64,000 bases of DNA from Planctomycetota bacterium (GTDB lineage: Bacteria > Planctomycetota > UBA8108 > JACQVS01). The notes beneath the pieces were generated by a model. It ran no database searches. It saw nothing but the letters and a program-made list of their open reading frames with translations, and was not told the DNA's origin. The DNA lies in the NCBI GenBank assembly GCA_028280485.1, contig JANQLS010000148.1:17002-81001 (forward strand). Direction: 5' to 3'. The translations under genes and the position numbers were made by a program. Below, in pieces: positions 56,448 through 64,000 of this stretch. Position 1 is the stretch's first letter; every line of letters starts with the position of its first letter.

Positions 56448-57257
56448 ATGCTACCCGAACAACCTTGCCGCCCCCTACTTGCGATCAACTACTCTCCCCA
56501 GGCACTTTCGCTTCTCAACGAAGGGCTGATAAATTTTGATTTATTCAAATTGCCCGATTGGCCTGATTTGGTCAATGAAATCCAATCAAGTTTTGAGGGA
56601 GAGGTTTACGTTCACTTTGATTTTCACCTCGGAGCGCAGGGTTTTGAGAAATCGAAAATTACTGAAGCAAAAAAGCTCTTAGGAATAGGCAAGACCACTC
56701 ACATCAACACTCACTTTGCGCCTTCCAATCCGGAAGAAAGCTTGAACCAAGTGAGCGATGAAATCGAAGAACTTCTCAGCCATTTCGATCGGGATCAAAT
56801 CTTAATCGAAAACGTCCCGTGGATAAATGTTCCCGATTACCCCATCGATCCCCTGGCCTCCAAACCTCAAGCCATCGCCCGAGTCGTTCGAGAGACAGGT
56901 TGCGGATTCCTCATGGATCTCGCCCACGCTAAAATCACATGTCTTGAAGAAAACCTTCAAATCGAACCCTACTTAAGTGCGCTTCCAACCGAACACCTGC
57001 AAGAACTCCATGTCACGGGAGTCAATAGGGATTCAAACGGTAACTTAAGAGACTCGATGCCTATCACCCCTGAAGATTGGGAAACCGTGGAATGGAGCCT
57101 CGACCGGATCGCAAGTGGAGAATGGCGCTGCCCCCGTATCATCACTTTAGAATACGGAGGCATCGGCCCCAAGTTCGAATGGCGAAGTGACCCCGATGTC
57201 ATCGCCCAACAACTACCTCAATTAGAACGCTTACTCCTTGAACGGGGTCTTCGATGA
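56448..57257 (+). CDS. DUF692/UPF0276-family TIM-barrel protein (MbnB/TglH/HvfB-like), first gene of a glycan-type operon
   Basis: 269 aa; blocks LLAINYS...INFDLFKL, VYVHFDFHLG, ILIENVPW, GCGFLMDLAHAKI, ELHVTGV, RIITLEYGG align with MbnB blocks IGFNF...IDYCEI, FHVMF, YLENYP, LFDASNA, HFHVAGY, TITYERDAN (recalled from memory). The stop overlaps the next start (ATGA). Confidence 0.55.
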   Translation: MLPEQPCRPLLAINYSPQALSLLNEGLINFDLFKLPDWPDLVNEIQSSFEGEVYVHFDFHLGAQGFEKSKITEAKKLLGIGKTTHINTHFAPSNPEESLNQVSDEIEELLSHFDRDQILIENVPWINVPDYPIDPLASKPQAIARVVRETGCGFLMDLAHAKITCLEENLQIEPYLSALPTEHLQELHVTGVNRDSNGNLRDSMPITPEDWETVEWSLDRIASGEWRCPRIITLEYGGIGPKFEWRSDPDVIAQQLPQLERLLLERGLR

Positions 57258-58399
57258 GTCGCAAACGCTTAATCGTCGTTGGCGGGCCGGATGTCGATGC
57301 CCGAATTCCTCTTCTAAAGAAGTTGTCGGATTCTTACGAACCTATCGCCTTTGGTACGGATAAAACGCTAAAAGACACCTTCGACTCTCACGAAATTGAA
57401 TTCCATCACTACCCGCTCACCAGAGGCTTCCTGAGCTTGAAAGATCTTTCGGCTCAACGTATCTGTAAAGATAAGTTCACTGCTCTCAAACCGGATATCG
57501 TTCACACCTTCGATACCAAACCATCCGTCTTCGCTCGTTTAGCGGCGGATCAAGCCCAAGTGCCCACCATCATCGGAACCTTACCTGGCTTAGGAATTTT
57601 GTGGTCTGGGAATCAGTTTTCACTTAGGTGGCGACGCTCATTCTATTCCGGCCTCCACACGAAAGCCTGTAAGGTCTCAAGTTGTACTGTCTTTCAGAAC
57701 CAGGACGATATCGATCTGATGGTGCGTGAAAGGGTTGTTGAAGAATCCAAGGCTCGACTGATTCGAGGCTCGGGGATCGAAGCAGAATCTTACAACCTTC
57801 GATGGAACGAAGAAGAAAAGAGTGCCCTCAGAGAAGAGTTAGGTTTGAGTGAAAACGATTTTGTCATTACCAACTTAGGTCGGTGGACTCGTTCCAAAGG
57901 TATTCTTCAACTCATCGAAGCTCTCCCCTACCTTTCAAAAACGATTCCTCAGGCAAAACTCCTTTTAATCGGAAAAGAAGATACTAATGGTTTAGATCGA
58001 TTGACTCCGAAAGAAGTTCAAAAGATAAAAGCCCATGCGCTATGCCCGGGATACGTTTCGGATCCGAAAAAGCTATTGGCCCTGAGCGATGTTTTCGTGT
58101 TCCCTTCAACTTATAGGGAAGGTCTACCGCGAGTGTTAATGGAAGCTGCACTTCTAAAAATTCCTATCGTGGCCGCGGATAATGTTGGTACTCGAGAAAT
58201 CGTTCAGCAGGAGACGACTGGCTTGCTTCTCCCGCCCAACAATCCGCAAGCGCTTGCCGTGGGCATCATCCATATCTTTCAAAATGAAAAATTAAGCCGT
58301 AAGCTCACCACAAATGCCCACAATTTAGTTCTCAAAGAATTCACATTAGATAAAATTCAAATGGAGCACCGTCGCCTCTACGATGAATTTACCGCTTAA
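57254..58399 (+). CDS. Glycosyltransferase family 4 (GT-B, group 1)
   Basis: 381 aa; C-terminal EGLPRVLMEAALLKIPIVAADNVGTREIV...GLL nucleotide-sugar-binding motif. Confidence 0.85.
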   Translation: MSRKRLIVVGGPDVDARIPLLKKLSDSYEPIAFGTDKTLKDTFDSHEIEFHHYPLTRGFLSLKDLSAQRICKDKFTALKPDIVHTFDTKPSVFARLAADQAQVPTIIGTLPGLGILWSGNQFSLRWRRSFYSGLHTKACKVSSCTVFQNQDDIDLMVRERVVEESKARLIRGSGIEAESYNLRWNEEEKSALREELGLSENDFVITNLGRWTRSKGILQLIEALPYLSKTIPQAKLLLIGKEDTNGLDRLTPKEVQKIKAHALCPGYVSDPKKLLALSDVFVFPSTYREGLPRVLMEAALLKIPIVAADNVGTREIVQQETTGLLLPPNNPQALAVGIIHIFQNEKLSRKLTTNAHNLVLKEFTLDKIQMEHRRLYDEFTA

Positions 58400-58412
58400 T
58401 TTTTGAACTTGA

Positions 58413-59177
58413 GTGACTTTCGCTTTGAACGACCCGGATCTCTCTTCAGCCCATTCCTACCAAGACGAGCGCCAGCGCATCCTCGAAGCTTATAGAAAGC
58501 GTCAAGAGGTTCGTCCCCTGGAGTTTTCTGATCAAGGATATGAAAATCTGTCGCATCGCCTTCGCGTTGAAGAACGCTATCATGAAACTTATAAGATCAT
58601 CAAAGATCAATTCAACCCGTCCATCGCCGACTTAAAAATACTCGACTTCGGCTGTGGCGATGGTAACTTCCTGAAGAAGACATTAGATTGGGGAGCACAG
58701 GCGGAAAACCTTACAGGAATTGAGCTGAGAGAAAATGTTTTACGGGAGGCACGAAAAAAGCTTCCCCATTCCCATTGGATTCAGGCCTGTGGATCAGAAC
58801 TTCCATTGAGCGATCAAGGTATCGATATCGTCGTAGCGAACACGGTTTTCAGCTCAATTCTTTTAACTGATCTTCAAAAAGCGATCAGCGTAGAATTAGA
58901 ACGGGTTCTGAAACCCGAGGGCCTTATCATCATCTATGACTTCCACCGAAAGAATCCTCATAACATAGATGTTCAAGCGATGCCCTTAGAAAAATTCAAA
59001 CCCTTGTTTGGAGGATTTGATTTAGTTTATTCTAAGAGCATCACGTTTCGGCCCGATTGGGCGAGAAAGTTTCCTTCGATTTTTTTGAAAGCAATCTTTC
59101 CATTGCTTTCAGCCTTTCCGAGCTTTAAAACTCACCATCTCTCCGTCTTTAAGAAGAAATCCCCCAACTCAGACTAA
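58413..59177 (+). CDS. Class I SAM-dependent methyltransferase (GTG start)
   Basis: 254 aa; ILDFGCGDGNFLKK motif I; DIVVANTVF. Confidence 0.75.
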   Translation: MTFALNDPDLSSAHSYQDERQRILEAYRKRQEVRPLEFSDQGYENLSHRLRVEERYHETYKIIKDQFNPSIADLKILDFGCGDGNFLKKTLDWGAQAENLTGIELRENVLREARKKLPHSHWIQACGSELPLSDQGIDIVVANTVFSSILLTDLQKAISVELERVLKPEGLIIIYDFHRKNPHNIDVQAMPLEKFKPLFGGFDLVYSKSITFRPDWARKFPSIFLKAIFPLLSAFPSFKTHHLSVFKKKSPNSD

Positions 59178-59184
59178 ACTCTCT

Positions 59185-60390
59185 GTGAACTCAAAAAAGA
59201 TTCCCCTCGCCCGACCTTGGGTCGGAACTGAAGAACTGAAAAATCTCGAACGTGTTTTAAATCGGGGCTGGCTGACTACGGGTCCAGAGGTGAAACAATT
59301 CGAAGAAGAGTTTCGATCGCGGATCAAGGCTCAACACGCCATCGCGGTTAGCTCAGGAACTCAAGCCTTAGAACTGGCCTTGGCTTCATTAGATTTGAGG
59401 CCAGGCGAGAAAGTGATCACTCCATCTTATACTTTTGCCGCTGCACCGGAAGTCATCCTGCGTTTAGGAGCTCAAGTCGTCTTAGTCGATGCTGATGAAA
59501 GAGACCTCAATATTTCGATTGAAAAAACAAGGGAAATTCTTGAGAGAGAATCGGGAACTGTTCGTGCGATCCTCCCCGTACATTTAGCTGGACACCCTGT
59601 CGATATTCAGGGCTTAGATTCTTTGGCTGAAGAGTTCGGCCTAAAAATCATCGAAGACGCAGCTCACGCGTATCCGACTCAAGTGGGCCCCAATTGGATT
59701 GGTGGTCAACAAAACCGCCCCCATCTACACACAACCTGCTTTAGCTTCTATGCCAATAAAACTCTAACTACCGGGGAAGGCGGTATGATCACTACAGAAG
59801 ACGAGGAATTAGCTCAACGCTTAAGAAAACTGACTCTTCACGGTATGGAGAAAAACACATGGAAACGAGTTCAATCCAAGAACCAACCCTCATGGGAATA
59901 CGAGATTAACGAGCGGGGCTTTAAAGCAAATATGAGTGACCTCGCGGCCGCGGTGGGTTTAGCTCAACTTGAAAAAGCTCACCGAGCTCGGGAGCTACGA
60001 ACGGAGAGAGCAAAGCAGTATCTGTCTTTATTGAGCCATCGAAAGGATTTGATTCTGCCCCCCGATGTTGAGGGTTCCTCTTGGCATCTTTTTATCATTC
60101 GCCTCAAAAGAGAAGCATTTCCAAATTTAATGGAAAAGCGTAATCAAGTCATGACCGACTTGAGTGAAGCCGGCATCGAAACGAGTCTTCACTACCGCCC
60201 TATTCATATGCACACTTATTACAAAGATCTTTTAAAGCATCAGGATGGGGATTTCCCTGTTTGCTTTGAGGGGTATCAGGGTGCAATCACGTTACCGCTT
60301 TTTGCTCAGATGACGGAGGAGGAAGTGGAGCGGGTTGTGGAGGAGTTGGGGAAGACTTTAGCGGACTACCTACCGCCCCATCAGCGCTAA
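59185..60390 (+). CDS. DegT/DnrJ/EryC1/StrS-family PLP-dependent sugar aminotransferase (GTG start)
   Basis: 401 aa; ...AVSSGTQALELAL..., DAAHA, FSFYANKTLTTGEGGMI (PLP lysine). Confidence 0.9.
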   Translation: MNSKKIPLARPWVGTEELKNLERVLNRGWLTTGPEVKQFEEEFRSRIKAQHAIAVSSGTQALELALASLDLRPGEKVITPSYTFAAAPEVILRLGAQVVLVDADERDLNISIEKTREILERESGTVRAILPVHLAGHPVDIQGLDSLAEEFGLKIIEDAAHAYPTQVGPNWIGGQQNRPHLHTTCFSFYANKTLTTGEGGMITTEDEELAQRLRKLTLHGMEKNTWKRVQSKNQPSWEYEINERGFKANMSDLAAAVGLAQLEKAHRARELRTERAKQYLSLLSHRKDLILPPDVEGSSWHLFIIRLKREAFPNLMEKRNQVMTDLSEAGIETSLHYRPIHMHTYYKDLLKHQDGDFPVCFEGYQGAITLPLFAQMTEEEVERVVEELGKTLADYLPPHQR

Positions 60391-61752
60391 ACGAATTCGC
60401 TTCAAATTTGTAGCATGACTGGCATCATCCGGTTCCGCTTGAGCGAGGCGAGATAAAAAATAGATATGCATAGGGAAGAGCTCTGGAGCGCGGGTGTTTT
60501 GAACTAAAAGCCGTAGCGCCATCACCGATTTAGGATTTCGAGCTAACAACAATCGGGATAAAGTTTCTGATTCTTTCTTCTTACCCAGTCGGCCCGCTTC
60601 GATGAGCGCATCGTTAAGAGCAGGTTCTACGTCTTTCCAACGCGTCTTACCGATCTTCTTTAACCAAACGGGAAGGTTTTCTTGAGCTTCGGTGAATTCT
60701 CGCAATCGATCCTCCACTTTGTCTTGAACACTTTCCGTTTCATCTTCTGGAATCGCTTTCAACTCGGCGATGGCTTCCGCGAAAACACCGTGTCTTGCCC
60801 AAAATTCAGCGCGAATGAAATGAAGTTCCGTCGACGGCCATCGCCTTATACTGGTATTCAATTCTCTAAGCGCTCGATCCAATTCCCCTAATTGCTCCCA
60901 ATTTCGAGCTCTTTTAAGAAACAGTTCATAAGAGCGCCCCTGGGCCTGTAAGTGCAATGCTCGCGATGATTCTCCGAAGACCTTTCTTAAATACTCGAAT
61001 AACTTCATCGCATGAGCTGACATTCGGCTTCTCCGCAACTTAATCAACTGACGTGACGCTTGGAAGACGCAACGCCTTTCGAAGGGATTTTCTTCAAAGT
61101 AATCGAGAAGAAAGCTGAGGGAACTCTTCGGATTTCCGTGTTGACTATGAAGCAGCGCTAATTCAAAGCGGGCTTCTTGACGAGTAGTCGAATGATTTAA
61201 TGCTTCGGTTAAATGCTTGATAGCCGGCGAAACTTCTCCCGTCTTCGACAAAGCGATGCCTAAAGCGAGATGTCCACGATATTCCGGTTGAGCTTCTACC
61301 CATGCTTTTAGGGGAATGATCGCATCTTGATAACGATGCGATTTTAAATAAATAAAGCCGGCTGTTTCTTGCGCGGCCGGCCCCGGAAAATCTTTCAATA
61401 CAGATTCTACGATGGTCGCCGCCTCGGTGAGAATTTCTTGCAAGGCTAAAGTTCGAGCAAGGCGCAATCGACATTCCATCTTTTGGGTCGCCGTTAGATC
61501 TTTACTTTCACTCAATTGCCTGAGGACTTTTTCAGCCTCGGGATAATCCCCCAATTGATAGTGGCACTGCGCTTCGAGTTCTTTCAACTCAACGGAGGAG
61601 TTGGTCTTTGAAAGCTCCTGAATGTGACTTAAGGCTTTTTTGAATTCCCCTTTTTTGACATATTCACCGACAGATTTGATGGTCTCGGCCAGCGTGACCT
61701 GTGGGAGGAGAATAAGAAGGGTAAGTAACGAATAAAGGTAAGTACGGTTCAT
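60370..61752 (-). CDS. Secreted tetratricopeptide (TPR) repeat protein
   Basis: 460 aa; signal peptide; multiple TPR-like helical repeats; its 3' end overlaps the aminotransferase gene by 21 nt. Confidence 0.6.
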   Translation of the reverse strand: MNRTYLYSLLTLLILLPQVTLAETIKSVGEYVKKGEFKKALSHIQELSKTNSSVELKELEAQCHYQLGDYPEAEKVLRQLSESKDLTATQKMECRLRLARTLALQEILTEAATIVESVLKDFPGPAAQETAGFIYLKSHRYQDAIIPLKAWVEAQPEYRGHLALGIALSKTGEVSPAIKHLTEALNHSTTRQEARFELALLHSQHGNPKSSLSFLLDYFEENPFERRCVFQASRQLIKLRRSRMSAHAMKLFEYLRKVFGESSRALHLQAQGRSYELFLKRARNWEQLGELDRALRELNTSIRRWPSTELHFIRAEFWARHGVFAEAIAELKAIPEDETESVQDKVEDRLREFTEAQENLPVWLKKIGKTRWKDVEPALNDALIEAGRLGKKKESETLSRLLLARNPKSVMALRLLVQNTRAPELFPMHIYFLSRLAQAEPDDASHATNLKRIRLALMGR

Positions 61753-62205
61753 TACGGGTAACTCAAATGTAAATAATTATCGTTCAAATAGTCTTTTTAT
61801 CCTAACGCGAGAATTTGGTGTACACAAATGTTCTTGAAGAACGTCATTATCCTGTAGCGCCTGGGCCCGGCATCGGCTTCCGCCAAAGTAGGGCCAGGCC
61901 TTCACCTTAAAGCCAGATTCGATTTTTAAAATTCACTAGACCACTTAAGAATAGTCACCCACAAGGGGTGGCGCTACAGGGTCAATTCCGATTTGAGGTT
62001 AGCGTATCAGCGGTGGCGCTACAGGATTGATCTCATTTCAAAAATAAATATCGTTGCCCCTTATTCAATGGGAGTTGTATCTAAAACGAATACATCCGAA
62101 TTAGCTTAGCGATACCTCATAGCAAATTTTTACTAATTCGGCTACATCTCCCCGAATTTGGCTACAATAATCATTTAAATTTAACAATCGAAAGCACTTC
62201 CTTAA

Positions 62206-63900
62206 ATGCTCAACCTCCTCTCCATCCTCTTACTCACCATCATTCAAGCGAAGCCGGAACCAAAGCCTTTATTCCATAAGGCAAAACTCCCTTCCCCCAT
62301 CGCCTTCAATCACACTTGTGGATCGAAAGAAAAAGATTGGATCTATGAAGTCAATGGGAGTGGTATAGCCCTGTTGGATTACGATGGTGATGGGGATCTC
62401 GATATTTACTTTGTGAACGGTTCAAAGTTGGATCTCAAAGAGGATGACGAAAAACCCAAGAACGCCCTCTACCGAAATGATGGCAACTGGAAGTTCACCG
62501 ATATCACGACTCAAGCGGGCGTGGGTGATACGGGCTGGGGTTGCGGGGTAGCGATCGCCGATATTGAAAACGATGGAGATCTCGATATTTACGTCGCCAA
62601 CTTAGGGGCGAATGTTCTTTATCTCAATCAGGGGGATGGAACTTTTAAAAAAGCAGAAAACTCGGGTACAGAATCCCTATCGAATAGCTCTTCAGCGAGT
62701 TTCGGAGATTTTAACCGCGACGGCTTCGTCGATCTCTATGTCGCTAATTACGTCCCCTTCAAACTAGATCCAGAAAAATCGAGATTGAGCGGGAAGTGCG
62801 AGTACAAAGGTCGAAAGATCTTTTGCGGCCCGGGAGGCTACCCCGGACAAGCCGATCAACTTTTCCTCAATCGGGGTGAAGGAAAATTCGAAGACGTCAG
62901 TAAAGCCTGGCGCATCCAATCTTCAAAACCTTCCTTTGGCTTGGGAGTCTTAGTCGTCGACATTCAGGACGACGGCTTCCCAGATATCCTTGTTGCGAAT
63001 GACACGAATCCCAACTTTTGTTTTCTCAATCAATCCGGAAAGAGCTTCACCGAAGCCGCGCAATTTTTAGGCATCGCCTACAACGACTACGGAGTCCCTC
63101 AGGCCGGAATGGGATTAGCTTCGGGAGACTTTAGAGGTCTCGGACTCGAAGATCTGTTCGTGACAAATTTCGAAGACGACACCAACACTCTTTACCTTAA
63201 AAATCCCAATGCTCCTTTTTATACTGAAGGCACTCATATCGCCGGCTTGGGAGGAGCCAGTTACCCGTACATGGGCTGGGGAACCTTTGGATTCGATGCC
63301 GATGGAGACGCCGATCTCGATCTTTTTGTCGCCAACGGTCATATCGCCCCCCAGGTGAAGGGCCTCCGCAACAGCCCGGGCTACGAGCAAAAGAATCAAC
63401 TTTTCTTAAATGACGGCAAAGGCAAGTTCCGAGAATATTCGCCAAAAGCGGACTCAGCGGACGGTTTATCCATAAAAAAATCTTCTCGAGGCGCAGCCTT
63501 TGGAGATTTGGATGGCGACGGAGATCCCGACATTGTCGTCAGCAATATCGACAGCGCTCCTACCCTCTTAAACAACCGTTCATCGGGTCGTAAATGGATT
63601 TCTGTTGAGCTTGAAGGGGAAAGAAGTAATAAGTTCGGAATCGGTGCCAAAGTGAGTCTCATCGAAGCTACCGGGCAACAACTGAGAACGATTCAAAGTG
63701 GTAGAAGCTACGCATCCCAAGGCGAGCTCTACGCCCGATTTTCGCGTCGAAATCCAGCAACTGTCGCTCAACTCGTCGTCGCCTGGCCATCGGGCCTGAA
63801 AGAGGCCTTCGAAGTGAAAAAACAGGAAAAATCTCCCCATATCAGACTTTCTTTGAAGGAAGGCACGGGTAAACCGGTGTCGCAAGTTCGAAAGAATTAA
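62206..63900 (+). CDS. CRTAC1-family protein: FG-GAP/VCBS repeats + ASPIC/UnbV C-terminal domain
   Basis: 564 aa; six DxDGDGDxDIxVxN-type repeats (DYDGDGDLDIYFVNG, DIENDGDLDIYVANLG, DLDGDGDPDIVVSNID ...). Confidence 0.75.
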   Translation: MLNLLSILLLTIIQAKPEPKPLFHKAKLPSPIAFNHTCGSKEKDWIYEVNGSGIALLDYDGDGDLDIYFVNGSKLDLKEDDEKPKNALYRNDGNWKFTDITTQAGVGDTGWGCGVAIADIENDGDLDIYVANLGANVLYLNQGDGTFKKAENSGTESLSNSSSASFGDFNRDGFVDLYVANYVPFKLDPEKSRLSGKCEYKGRKIFCGPGGYPGQADQLFLNRGEGKFEDVSKAWRIQSSKPSFGLGVLVVDIQDDGFPDILVANDTNPNFCFLNQSGKSFTEAAQFLGIAYNDYGVPQAGMGLASGDFRGLGLEDLFVTNFEDDTNTLYLKNPNAPFYTEGTHIAGLGGASYPYMGWGTFGFDADGDADLDLFVANGHIAPQVKGLRNSPGYEQKNQLFLNDGKGKFREYSPKADSADGLSIKKSSRGAAFGDLDGDGDPDIVVSNIDSAPTLLNNRSSGRKWISVELEGERSNKFGIGAKVSLIEATGQQLRTIQSGRSYASQGELYARFSRRNPATVAQLVVAWPSGLKEAFEVKKQEKSPHIRLSLKEGTGKPVSQVRKN

Positions 63901-64000
63901 TGACGCGAGTGGGGGTTGTGATGTATAAAACTCTGCTGTCGATCGCGCCCAGTGGCCGACATGAGTGGGTTGAAATTCACCACTTCAAATCAAGTAAAGA

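Noticed and set aside
56411-56530. Small ORF (about 40 aa from ATG 56411) upstream of and overlapping the DUF692-like gene, as a possible RiPP precursor
   Set aside because: It is in a different frame from 56448..57257 and overlaps it. It has a single Cys and no leader/core features. It cannot be supported as a precursor peptide.
1-64000. tRNA/rRNA genes
   Set aside because: No sequence with tRNA T-arm/acceptor features or rRNA-like conservation was noticed on visual inspection of the intergenic regions. These regions are accounted for by the repeat families.

Overview
Protein-dense chromosomal segment, about 48-50% GC, with gene content typical of the Planctomycetota/Verrucomicrobiota (PVC) group. 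It carries five formylglycine-type sulfatases (one partial at the window start); a PSD1 (PSCyt/DUF1549/DUF1553) + DUF1501 pair; a DUF1592-family di-CxxCH protein + DUF1552 pair; four secreted PQQ-like beta-propeller proteins; a Tat-signal Gfo/Idh/MocA oxidoreductase; a tandem DUF1080 protein; and a GspG-like pseudopilin. Three very large multidomain secreted proteins are present (1649, 995 and 1445 aa). Sugar-acid catabolism is represented by a galactarate/altronate dehydratase + KdgD-like DHDPS-family enzyme and by an SMP-30 lactonase + FAH hydrolase pair. Other genes include a CPD photolyase divergent from a YbgA-like (DUF523/DUF1722) gene, a GH17-like glucanase, a PhyH dioxygenase, a GalM mutarotase and an Na+/solute symporter. 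At the 3' end a tight operon encodes a DUF692 (MbnB/TglH-like) TIM-barrel homolog followed by a GT4 glycosyltransferase, a SAM methyltransferase and a DegT aminotransferase. No rRNA, tRNA or CRISPR is evident. Intergenic space is filled with several families of palindromic REP/MITE-like repeats. Three of these lie exactly against gene ends so that a TAG inside the repeat terminus serves as the stop codon. A 163-bp unit is tandemly duplicated. One ORF resembling the CTP-synthase C-terminal (class-I glutamine amidotransferase) domain has a single in-frame TGA exactly where the nucleophilic Cys is expected. This makes it either a candidate selenoprotein or a point-mutation pseudogene.
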